DNA of 64,000 nucleotides, from positions 275-64,274 of the forward strand of contig JBGATS010000001.1 in NCBI GenBank assembly GCA_044229075.1. Reading direction: 5' to 3'. This DNA is from Minisyncoccia bacterium (lineage in GTDB: Bacteria; Patescibacteriota; Minisyncoccia; Phycocordibacterales; UBA1006). The position numbers were made by a program, and so were the translations under genes. Each line of letters begins with the position of its first letter. Within the stretch, counting starts at the first letter, position 1. The notes beneath the pieces were generated by a model that made no database searches, was not told the DNA's origin, and worked only from the letters and a program-made list of their open reading frames with translations. This document shows, piece by piece, positions 30,660 through 39,690 of this stretch.

Positions 30660-30733
30660 ATTTTTAATTATTTATATACATAATACATAAAAAACACCTC
30701 TTGTCAAGGTGGTTTTTATATTTGTGATTTATT

Positions 30734-33700
30734 TTATTTCTTCTCTACTGTATTCCCTTCACTGTTCCAAATAATACTTTCTGCACCAACAGTCGTTAAT
30801 AACTCTTTTTGAAGTTCACTATTTGCAAACCATGCTGGTTCTGCAATTTCAAGATAAACGGTTACACGATCACTTGGCATCAGGTTTGCATCTTTTCGCA
30901 TATCCTGGATTGTGCGGACCATGTCACGCATATCGCCTTCGTTACGCAAATCATCGGTGATTTCTGTATCCAGTTCAACCGTTCCCTGTTCCAAAGAGTC
31001 TTTTACCAGAATTTCTTTTATATTCAACTCGTCTTTAATGATATCAAGATAATCATTTGGTAGGTTTAATTCTGAAACTGAGAGTTTTGAAAGGGGTTGG
31101 CGAACTTTAACGTTTGCTTTTTGTCGTGCTTCCAGTCCGAGTGTTACGATATCACGAACTGACTGCATATATGAGATTACATTTTTAAAATCATATTCTG
31201 CATCACGGCGATCAATCCACCATCCTAAATGTACTGACTCTGGGTCGCGTTGCCATTTCACCTTTTGCCAAATCTCTTCGGTAATGAAAGGTGTGAAAGG
31301 TGCCATTGTCAGAGATAGGTTTCTCAAAATTAACTGCGTTGTTCGTAATGCCTTTTTTCGATCCATTTCATCATTTGATTTAAACCGATCTCGCGATCGT
31401 CTAATATACCAAGTTGATAATTCATTGATAAAATCTCGAATTGCTCGTGCCGGCATTAATACATCGTATTCATCCAACCCTTGCGACACAGTTCTAGAAA
31501 GTATATCCAGCTGAGCAAGTATCCAAGTGTCTAATACATTGGTTGGATTAATATATGGATTATATTCATCTTCATCCAGACTTTCGTCTGTTTTATACAT
31601 CTCATAAAAACTCACCACATTCAACAATGGATTAAAGACTTTTTTCTTTACCTCATCCAATGACTTTTCATCAAAGTTTTTGGTTTCACCTGGCTGGTTT
31701 ACACTGTAGAACCAGAATCGTGCGACATCTGCGCCAAATTTTTCGAATACTTCCCATGGTGAGACAATATTCCCTTTTGATTTTGACATCTTTGTTCCGT
31801 CTGCCGCCATCAACAATCCTAAACAAATTACGTTTTTGTAGTTATTGGTCGGTTCATCGTTGAGCAAGTTTGCAATCGCGTGCATCGTATAAAACCATCC
31901 GCGTGTTTGGTCGACTCCTTCTGAAATGTAATCTGCTGGCAACGGCTTAAAATCTACCGGCTCGCCTAACTTGTGAGACTGTGCATACGCCATCGCTCCG
32001 GAATCGAACCATACATCCATGATTGCAGATGTGCGTGTTAATTTTTCACCATCAAGCTCGAGTTCAATCTGGTCGATATATGGTTTATGAAAATCAAGTT
32101 CGTAGTTTTCATTATGCGGAAGTGGTGTGAAATCAAGTTCGCGGATTTCTGCATTAATAAACGGATATTCTTTCGGAGGGTTTTTTAAAAGAGTTTCAAA
32201 AGTAAATCCTTCACTTGCAAGAACTAACGCACGAGCTGATGAATTATGACCAACAATTAAGATATTTTTACCTTGATATTTTAGATCTATTTCATGTAAA
32301 AACTCTCCGCATCGTTTAATTACATCCTGATATGATTCACCTCCTTCTGCTTTATAGGTATATCTATTTGGTGAAACATTTCGCATTTTCAAATATTCAT
32401 CAAGGTTTTTTTCTTGATATTCGTCTCCTACCTGCCATTCAATTATACGTGAATCGGTAATAATATTTTCTGGATTATATCCGATTGTCTCTGCAACAAT
32501 TTTTGCAGTTTCTTGAGTTCTTAAAATTGGAGACGCAATAATAATATCAACTTTGGTTGATTTTAATTGCTCTGCAGATTTTATTACCTGCTCTTTTCCT
32601 TCGTCGGTTAAATGATTATTTGGGTCACCTTTAAAATCCCAAACGTTTTTTATATTACTGTGTGCCTGACCATGTCGCATTAATAAATATTTATTCCCAG
32701 ATTTCTTTGAATATTTTTTAATATCATCAATCGAGCCAACCACGACACGTTTTGATCCGTCTGCAGTTTCCCACACCGGAATTGGTGTTCCCCAGTATCG
32801 TTCACGTGAAATTGCCCAATCCTTGATTCCGTCGAGCCATTCACCAAAACGTCCTTCCTTTATATGATCTGGTTCCCAGTTGATATTTTCATTTGCCTTT
32901 AAGAGTTTTTCTCGTAATGAAGACATTCGGAAATACCATGAACCACGTGCGTAATACAATAATGGAGTGTTGCATCGCCAACAATGCGGATAACTGTGCG
33001 CGTAGTTTTCTTTTTTGAATAACAAATTGCGTGCTGTCAGATCATTAATGATATCAATCGCAAGTGTTGGTTTTCCTGATTCATCAGATTCTTTTACATA
33101 GCGACCTGATAGTTTAATCGTGTCAGTATCACAACCATTAACATACTTTCCTTCCTCGTTCACAACGTGGAATTTTGGAAGATTATGTTTTGTTCCAAGC
33201 TCAAAGTCATCAGCTCCATACATGGGTGCAATATGCACAATTCCTGTTCCATCCGTTGTTGTTACAAAATCTGCTGCATACACCTGGAATGCATTTTCAA
33301 GTTTTGATTTCTGATCTGCTGGAAGCAAATCTGACAGAAATGGATAGAGTGGTTCGTATTTGAGACCAACAAGATCTGAGCCTTTCCGAGAAGGATAACT
33401 TATTGTTGTGCCAGATGCTCGTGCGTAAGTTAAATATGTTCCTATCTCATTAAAAAGAGAGTGTTTATTATCTCGAGATGCTTCAAAAATGTCTTCTGAG
33501 ATTAGAAGGGTTACGCCATTATAGTTCCATTGTTTATATTTAACATCTGCCCCAACAGCAAGCGCAACATTCCCTGGAAGTGTCCACGGTGTCGTCGTCC
33601 ACGCCATGATATATGTATTGTCATCCACCACAAAGTCACCAATTTTCTGATCTTTTTCAACTTTAAACTTCACATACGCCGTTACATCCTTTATATCCTG

Positions 33701-34348
33701 ATACGCGCCTGGTTGGTTCAATTCATGACTCGATAAAGCAGTTCCACATCGCGGACACCACGGCAGAATCTTAAAATCTTTGTACATTAAATCATTCCCT
33801 GCTGCATCCTTTCGTTCAGAAATTTTCTTTGCCACACCCCACAATGCCTCGATATAACTGTTTTCATACGTCACATACGGATTCTGCATATCGAGCCAAT
33901 AACCCATACGGTCGGTCAATGCTTCCCATTCGTGTTTATATTCCCAAACACTTTCTTTACATTTTTTGTTGTATGCAGCCACGCCATAGACTTCGATTTC
34001 CTTTTTTGATTTTAATCCAAGCGCTTTTTCAACTTGTAATTCTACTGGCAATCCGTGTGTATCCCAACCAGCCTTTCGTTTTACGTTAAAGCCGCGCATT
34101 GTTTTGTAACGCGGAATGATATCCTTGAATGATCGTGCGCCGACATGGTGAATTCCAGGGCGACCGTTTGCGGTTGGTGGACCTTCGAAAAATATGAAGT
34201 CACCTTGTGTTGATTCTTTTGCAAGGGTTTTTTCAAAAATCTGATTGTCTTTCCAGAACTGCAAAATAGCCTCTTCGCAAGCTGCAGTTTCAGATTTTTC
34301 CAGATTCTCTGGGATAAAGTTTTTTGGGTTTGGGTTCATAGTTGACAA
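30734..34348 (-). CDS. ileS: Isoleucine--tRNA ligase (type 2-like) with inserted histidine-phosphatase domain
   Basis: EGPPTANG.PG.HH, GWDTHGLP, WTTTPWTLP, DWAISRERYWGTP, DQTRGWF, KMSKS; insert with LMRHG; start may be ATG 34339. Confidence 0.95.
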   Translation of the reverse strand: MSTMNPNPKNFIPENLEKSETAACEEAILQFWKDNQIFEKTLAKESTQGDFIFFEGPPTANGRPGIHHVGARSFKDIIPRYKTMRGFNVKRKAGWDTHGLPVELQVEKALGLKSKKEIEVYGVAAYNKKCKESVWEYKHEWEALTDRMGYWLDMQNPYVTYENSYIEALWGVAKKISERKDAAGNDLMYKDFKILPWCPRCGTALSSHELNQPGAYQDIKDVTAYVKFKVEKDQKIGDFVVDDNTYIMAWTTTPWTLPGNVALAVGADVKYKQWNYNGVTLLISEDIFEASRDNKHSLFNEIGTYLTYARASGTTISYPSRKGSDLVGLKYEPLYPFLSDLLPADQKSKLENAFQVYAADFVTTTDGTGIVHIAPMYGADDFELGTKHNLPKFHVVNEEGKYVNGCDTDTIKLSGRYVKESDESGKPTLAIDIINDLTARNLLFKKENYAHSYPHCWRCNTPLLYYARGSWYFRMSSLREKLLKANENINWEPDHIKEGRFGEWLDGIKDWAISRERYWGTPIPVWETADGSKRVVVGSIDDIKKYSKKSGNKYLLMRHGQAHSNIKNVWDFKGDPNNHLTDEGKEQVIKSAEQLKSTKVDIIIASPILRTQETAKIVAETIGYNPENIITDSRIIEWQVGDEYQEKNLDEYLKMRNVSPNRYTYKAEGGESYQDVIKRCGEFLHEIDLKYQGKNILIVGHNSSARALVLASEGFTFETLLKNPPKEYPFINAEIRELDFTPLPHNENYELDFHKPYIDQIELELDGEKLTRTSAIMDVWFDSGAMAYAQSHKLGEPVDFKPLPADYISEGVDQTRGWFYTMHAIANLLNDEPTNNYKNVICLGLLMAADGTKMSKSKGNIVSPWEVFEKFGADVARFWFYSVNQPGETKNFDEKSLDEVKKKVFNPLLNVVSFYEMYKTDESLDEDEYNPYINPTNVLDTWILAQLDILSRTVSQGLDEYDVLMPARAIRDFINELSTWYIRRSRDRFKSNDEMDRKKALRTTQLILRNLSLTMAPFTPFITEEIWQKVKWQRDPESVHLGWWIDRRDAEYDFKNVISYMQSVRDIVTLGLEARQKANVKVRQPLSKLSVSELNLPNDYLDIIKDELNIKEILVKDSLEQGTVELDTEITDDLRNEGDMRDMVRTIQDMRKDANLMPSDRVTVYLEIAEPAWFANSELQKELLTTVGAESIIWNSEGNTVEKK

Positions 34349-34386
34349 TTTTGGTAAATTATGGATAATAATGAGTAAATATTTTT
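34314..34386. repeat. 73-bp direct repeat, copy 1 (ileS 5' end)
   Basis: ~69/73 identical to 35620-35692 by eye. Confidence 0.9.
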
Positions 34387-34408
34387 AACAATTAAATTAA
34401 TGTAGATT

Positions 34409-34765
34409 ATGATTACAACTAAAGTATTAGAGGATGCGTGCAACGGTATAAACTTGGATATTTTTCTAGAAAAAATTCAGGGTAAAAAATTAAAATTATC
34501 AAATGATTACAGTATTGTACTAGAACGTTTCCAAAGTTTTGGTGGGACTAATGATGAAATACAAATTAAATCAAAAATTTTATTTGCTCAAGTAGGTATA
34601 ATTTTTGAAGAAAAATCACAACCTTCACTCAGAGCAATACATCGCATTACAAATGAAAAGGTTGTATTACAATTAAGAGATGTTCAGGAGAGATGTTTTT
34701 ATATTTGCAATTCAATGTATTTTGCTAAGTTAATTAAACAAAAAACTATACGATTAGTTAAATAA
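34409..34765 (+). CDS. AT-rich hypothetical protein
   Basis: 118-aa ORF behind a TTGACA..GATAAT promoter inside the repeat; terminator at 34793-34819. Confidence 0.55.
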   Translation: MITTKVLEDACNGINLDIFLEKIQGKKLKLSNDYSIVLERFQSFGGTNDEIQIKSKILFAQVGIIFEEKSQPSLRAIHRITNEKVVLQLRDVQERCFYICNSMYFAKLIKQKTIRLVK

Positions 34766-34817
34766 ACAAAAAACTCTTCATTACGCACAATTAAAGTATT
34801 CCTACGGGAATGCTTTT

Positions 34818-35654
34818 TTATTGTAATCGTTTATTACTAGTCTTGCTTCCTACTTGCTTTTTCATAATTTTTTTAATATCTGGCTCCGCGGGTAATTTTT
34901 CTGGAATAATACCTCGTGACAAGAGGGCTTTTCGAGTTGTTTGAGAATTCTCGAGAACTTCACGAACAAGTCTTTCTTTACCAGAAATATTTTTTGTTTT
35001 AATATTATGATCAGTCATGGCAAGTGCAAAATCCTTTGCACGAAGCTCCACATCGCTATCAAAATCTGCAAGTGGTCTATTGTTTGGGATTTTCTTTTTT
35101 GCTTTTAGTTGTCGTGTTGTTAATCCACCATACAGCGCCTGTATGTGTTTATCTTTGAATCCTGCAAAATCTACTGATGTATTAATTCCTCGAGTATATA
35201 CCGTACCTCTAATATTCTTTTCTGTATCGGCAAGTTTTTTTCGTGAAGCAATTCTCTTATGCTCATATTCTGCAATTTGTAGCAATTCTTGTTTACGTGT
35301 TTGGGTGGCAAAATACATTTGTGCTTCAGCGATTTCAGGTTTTCGTGGATCGCCGTTTTGAGCAATAAGGTAACATGCGTAACGTGTTAAAAGAATATCA
35401 TCAACGGGACGCTTTGCTTTTGAACCTATGGCGACCATTTTGTCGGCGCCGACAAAATGGTCCGCACTATTTATATTTTGTGTGTCACAAGAATTCTTTG
35501 CACGAATAATTGCATCAGAAAATTTTCTCCATTCCTTATAACCAAGTAATGGGTGGAGTTCACGTGCAGACCAATACTCAAAATTATCTATTGTTTTTTT
35601 AATAGATTCCAGATGGTGTATAAAGTTTTTTGGGTTTGGGTTCATAGTTGACAA
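34818..35654 (-). CDS. dinD: DNA damage-inducible protein D family (Bro-N-like)
   Basis: EYWSAREL..LLGY..W..F, LTRYACYLIAQNGDPRK.EIA.AQ.YFA.QTRKQEL, LYGG, PE.LP. Confidence 0.9.
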   Translation of the reverse strand: MSTMNPNPKNFIHHLESIKKTIDNFEYWSARELHPLLGYKEWRKFSDAIIRAKNSCDTQNINSADHFVGADKMVAIGSKAKRPVDDILLTRYACYLIAQNGDPRKPEIAEAQMYFATQTRKQELLQIAEYEHKRIASRKKLADTEKNIRGTVYTRGINTSVDFAGFKDKHIQALYGGLTTRQLKAKKKIPNNRPLADFDSDVELRAKDFALAMTDHNIKTKNISGKERLVREVLENSQTTRKALLSRGIIPEKLPAEPDIKKIMKKQVGSKTSNKRLQ

Positions 35655-35692
35655 CTTGGATTAATTATGGATAATAATGAGTAAATATTTTT
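35620..35692. repeat. 73-bp direct repeat, copy 2 (dinD 5' end)
   Basis: Gives dinD the same N-terminus as ileS (MSTMNPNPKNFI). Confidence 0.9.
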
Positions 35693-35713
35693 TAAATCTT
35701 TAAATTAAAAATT

Positions 35714-35905
35714 ATGGGAATAAAAACGTTATTGTGGATTATTATTGCAATTCTTTGGATAGGAATTGGAGCAATAATATTAAAGGTTGAAATCGAAAGT
35801 GAAACCTTGGAATGTTTAATAAGAAACAAACCGCGACCTAAATCTATGCTGATTTCAAGACTAACAGCTATATTAATGTGGCCAATTGCACCTTTTCTAT
35901 CGTAG
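35714..35905 (+). CDS. Small membrane protein, hypothetical
   Basis: 63 aa with two hydrophobic segments and a C-terminal WP motif. Confidence 0.55.
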   Translation: MGIKTLLWIIIAILWIGIGAIILKVEIESETLECLIRNKPRPKSMLISRLTAILMWPIAPFLS

Positions 35906-35918
35906 AACTTTAACTAAC

Positions 35919-36265
35919 AAAAAACTCGTCTTCGCTCACGACTAAAAGTCATGTGCAAGGACGAGTTTTTCTTATCCGAACATTTGTAAAATGTTTTAGG
36001 ACAAAAATTCGTGGTACCACCTTGGTTTATTATACTCCTCCGTCCTTTGGACACCCCCTCTACAAGAGGAGGAAGTTGCAGACATTGGTTCGATGACTCC
36101 TCTTGTAGAGAAGCTCCGCAAAGCAGTGAAGAGTATAACCTTGTTACAGCTATTACGGGCATACCCGTTGGGGTCTAGTTTCTGGGGCCGGGAAAAATGC
36201 GAAGCATTTTTCCCGGCCTTTTGATTTCTTCCCAAGGCTCTGGAATGATGAGTTCCGTCTTCGCC
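35919..36265 (-). promoter_or_regulatory. T-box riboswitch (Ile, AUC specifier) with terminator
   Basis: Minus strand: GA motif gcgaagac/agagc around loop with ATC; Stem II; gcccgtaa Stem IIA/B-like; T-box AAGGTGGTACCACG pairing with CGTCCTT; terminator 35919-35970. Confidence 0.88.
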
Positions 36266-36353
36266 ATATACCATCATAGTATCATACCTCGTTATCCAGT
36301 GCAACGATTATCGAAAACTTTTCTTTTTATCAAAATACGTTATACTGTATCCG

Positions 36354-36590
36354 ATGACAGAAACACTTTGGAATTTTATAGAATGGTATGGAACCATTGC
36401 AATATTGGGTGCTTTTGGATTGGCGATGTTCGGCGTGTTTCAATGGGAGAGTAACGTGTTCATGGTATTGAATCTCTCTGGGGCGCTCGCATTAGTAATT
36501 TCTGGACTCTTCAAGCGTTCATGGCACAACGTGGTGTTCTATTTGATCTGGGGAGCAATCACCGCAATACAGTATTTTAATCTTTTCTAA
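36354..36590 (+). CDS. Small 3-TM membrane protein (CBU_0592-like)
   Basis: WYG...ILGAF, LNL.GA, ..IW pattern. Confidence 0.7.
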   Translation: MTETLWNFIEWYGTIAILGAFGLAMFGVFQWESNVFMVLNLSGALALVISGLFKRSWHNVVFYLIWGAITAIQYFNLF

Positions 36591-36619
36591 AAAACACACA
36601 GGTGTCCTGTGTGTTTTTG

Positions 36620-37750
36620 TTAATGTACATGATGTGCATGAACGTGTTCATCATCAGCAAGTGGTTTTCCGCGTGTTTTCTTGAAAAAAATAACTGCCAA
36701 CCATGTTGATAATGGTACGGTCATCATAAGACCTATTGACCCGAGTACGGTACGAATAATTTCTGAGGCAAAAATCTCTGAGTTTATCGTTTGACCAAAC
36801 GATGTAGTGCCGCCAGATGTGTAGAATAACAAGAGTGGTAATGCAACTCCAACATACGCCAATACAAGTGTGTTCACTAATGCAGAAACATGTTCTTTTC
36901 CTACTCGTAATGCTCGTGTAAAAATCTCTTTTGAGGAAAGATGTCCTGCTGCTGCATATAATTCACGAACAACAGCAACTTGGGTGACTGAAATATCGTC
37001 CAAAACTCCCAACATTCCGATAATAATACTCGCCAAAAATATTCCTACAAAATCAAGTGATCCTCCGGTATTAAAATTCAAATACACTGCTTCATGACTC
37101 GAAAAACCTGTCATACGGGACACAATAGTGACCATTCTTGCAAAAATACTGGTCACCGCAACCGATATTAATGTACTCCCAAATGCAATCCATGAAATCC
37201 TGTTCCATCCATGCGTAATTACAATCGCACAAAACAAAACAATCGAACCAACAAATACCGTTACCAACACAGGTGGATATCCTGCCAAGAGCATTGGGAG
37301 TAAGAGAAAAATAATTGCAAGAATCGAGAGCGTTAAACTTATAAGAGATCGCAACCCTTGCATTTTCCCTAACAAGAGTACTGCCAGAATAAATAGTATA
37401 ACCAGCCCAATCAATGCAGGTCTGCGTTCAAAATCCGAAACCGCAAAAAGTGTCGTCCCAGATTCATTGGTATGATACTGCCCCCAGAAACGATCTCCAA
37501 CCTGCATAGGCGAAACATCATTAATAATGGTAACGACTTGGTTGTCGAATATCCCAGAAGTGATTCGCGCACTTATTTCTTGAACCATTATCGCTGTAGT
37601 TGCATTGGGAAAGGTTTCCTGTTTTTGTCCGACAATTTTTTCCACTCGTGCATTGAATGTTCCTTGATTATCGGTAATCATGGCTGCCTCCTGTGCAAAT
37701 ACTGGAACACCTATCAAACAACAAAAAATAAATATGAGTATTTTTTTCAT
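36620..37750 (-). CDS. YibE/F family membrane protein
   Basis: GLRSL, IIGMLGVLDD, VNTLVLAYVG, EIIRT..GSIGL..VP. Confidence 0.92.
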   Translation of the reverse strand: MKKILIFIFCCLIGVPVFAQEAAMITDNQGTFNARVEKIVGQKQETFPNATTAIMVQEISARITSGIFDNQVVTIINDVSPMQVGDRFWGQYHTNESGTTLFAVSDFERRPALIGLVILFILAVLLLGKMQGLRSLISLTLSILAIIFLLLPMLLAGYPPVLVTVFVGSIVLFCAIVITHGWNRISWIAFGSTLISVAVTSIFARMVTIVSRMTGFSSHEAVYLNFNTGGSLDFVGIFLASIIIGMLGVLDDISVTQVAVVRELYAAAGHLSSKEIFTRALRVGKEHVSALVNTLVLAYVGVALPLLLFYTSGGTTSFGQTINSEIFASEIIRTVLGSIGLMMTVPLSTWLAVIFFKKTRGKPLADDEHVHAHHVH

Positions 37751-37793
37751 AGAAATTTACTGTATCATGAAAAACATACAAAAAGAAGCCTTG

Positions 37794-38444
37794 TTATAGA
37801 CCTCTCGATGGAATAGTTTTTGATTTCTTTTTCTTGTGCAAAAAAATCCAAAAAACCGTACATACCACAATCATGATAATGCCAATTTTTTCCAAAACAT
37901 CGATACCACCTGAAACAGTATTCCCAACCAACCAACCAACCAACCCAAGTGCAGTTGCTCGAATAAAAACTCCAACAAACGACAAGACCATATATTTTAC
38001 AATATTCATTTCCACAATTCCTCCATAGATAGCAAACGCAATTGATGGAAATAGGGGAACTGCTCGCAAGAGGGTGAAAATAATTTCATCGTATCGGGAG
38101 TTTTGTAACCGAGCTTCTAACTTATTAATATCTTCATGACTCACCCCAATCCATGATCCGTATCGATCAATAATACGCAGTCCGAAAAAACGAGACGCCC
38201 ATACGTATGGTAATGACCCAAGGGAAACCCCCAATGCGGATGCAAATGGAACTTTCCACAGAAATTCAAAAAATGTTGCAAGAGAAAATGGAACTCCAAG
38301 AAACAAAATAGTCCCTGCAGCTCCCTGAACAATCGATGACGGAATCACCGAAATGAGTTCTTCTAATAACGACGCCCCGAAAACACCCAAAAATCCGTGG
38401 GCACTGATCCATGATTGTGCGATAGTAATAATTGATTCCATCAT
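37794..38444 (-). CDS. DedA/VTT-domain membrane protein
   Basis: LEELI..IPS, G..LGS..Y, RYG.W.G, LRAVP..P. Confidence 0.85.
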   Translation of the reverse strand: MMESIITIAQSWISAHGFLGVFGASLLEELISVIPSSIVQGAAGTILFLGVPFSLATFFEFLWKVPFASALGVSLGSLPYVWASRFFGLRIIDRYGSWIGVSHEDINKLEARLQNSRYDEIIFTLLRAVPLFPSIAFAIYGGIVEMNIVKYMVLSFVGVFIRATALGLVGWLVGNTVSGGIDVLEKIGIIMIVVCTVFWIFLHKKKKSKTIPSRGL

Positions 38445-38447
38445 ATA

Positions 38448-38789
38448 TTAAAAATGTGTAGAAACCTTACTGGCCAGGATAAAATCATTTTCCGAGAGAC
38501 CCCCAATCGAATGGGTCCACAGATCAAGTGTTACTCGATTATAAAAAATCTGTATATCGGGATGATGCCCCTCTGTTTCTGCAAGTTCTGCAACCTGATT
38601 CACCCATACTATTGCCGCACGGAAATCGGGAAAGAGTCGTTCCAATGAAATCCTGGTACCAACATCGTTCATTGTCCACCCCGTGAGAACTTCCTGATTT
38701 TCGTTGAGGTATTTTTTTGCTTCAGGATACGATAATGGCTGTAGTGTATTATCTTCACAAGGAATGCATTTTTTTTCGGAAAGTTTCAT
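38448..38789 (-). CDS. Pterin-4-alpha-carbinolamine dehydratase
   Basis: CIPC, AE.EGHHPDI, WTHSIGGLSENDFILA. Confidence 0.93.
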   Translation of the reverse strand: MKLSEKKCIPCEDNTLQPLSYPEAKKYLNENQEVLTGWTMNDVGTRISLERLFPDFRAAIVWVNQVAELAETEGHHPDIQIFYNRVTLDLWTHSIGGLSENDFILASKVSTHF

Positions 38790-39220
38790 GCGACGAGTAT
38801 ACCACAAAAGGTAATGACTATGAAGATTATGAGCGAGTGTTTGATTAGATTGTATTATGGAACAAAAAATACCCCTTGGGTATTTTTTGTTTGTATCTCT
38901 ATTGTACCAAGTCCGAACCTATCTCCAAAATCGTAATCACTAGCATTCCCCGCGCATTACGCACCTCTGTGCGAAGCGCAGGGATTTCCAAGAATGAAAA
39001 GTGCGGGAGAACACTAAATGCAAATGTCGACTCGGTTTTTTGATTACAGGAAGTTTTTTTCTTTTTTTGGTGGACGAGCTAAAATAAAACCGCCTATTTT
39101 AAATAGTCGGTTTATGCGAGACCCTGCTTCCTCTGGGCTCTCCATTTCATTATGATAAAACGGGGACAAAATCAATACTCATGTCGATGACAATTCCTCA
39201 AGAGTGTGAGATTCATACTA

Positions 39221-39577
39221 CTACCGCAAATATCCGTTCGGAATAATATCCATAACTCTACAAGGGAAAAGTGTTACCTCTTTTACTTGTTCATCAAGAA
39301 TAAACCCAACAAGAATTTCTTGTGCTTGAACGAATTTTGCGTCAACGGTATGAATGAATGCTCGGTCGGCAGGACGAACAGCTATACTCACTCGTTTGGA
39401 AATAAGTTCCGAAGGGTCGTCTTTCTTTACGATAACCAGCTGTGCTTTTTGGTTATTTTCAGACATTACAACCTCTTGCTTAAACAGTATTTCGCAAGTA
39501 TCTATTGGAAGTATTATTGTTTCTTCTGAGATTTGAGTGAACATCACATGTTCTTTACCAATGTCTATTGTATGCAT
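39221..39577 (-). CDS. Hypothetical protein
   Basis: 118-aa ORF with TTGACA-16-TATAAT promoter (39602-39630). Confidence 0.55.
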   Translation of the reverse strand: MHTIDIGKEHVMFTQISEETIILPIDTCEILFKQEVVMSENNQKAQLVIVKKDDPSELISKRVSIAVRPADRAFIHTVDAKFVQAQEILVGFILDEQVKEVTLFPCRVMDIIPNGYLR

Positions 39578-39690
39578 AATGTACGATTTTTTGTTTGGAC
39601 ATATTATATCATATACAATTTATTTGTCAAACAAAAAACAGGGTGAAGAACCTGTTTTTTGAAATTTAAATTAGAGCTTATACATTAGCA

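Noticed and set aside
35914-36304. 82- and 102-aa minus-strand ORFs
   Set aside because: They coincide with the T-box riboswitch structure.
39100-39145. SRP RNA (GGAAGCAG on the minus strand)
   Set aside because: The matching CAGG..GNRA helix-8 partner is not evident, so it is not called.
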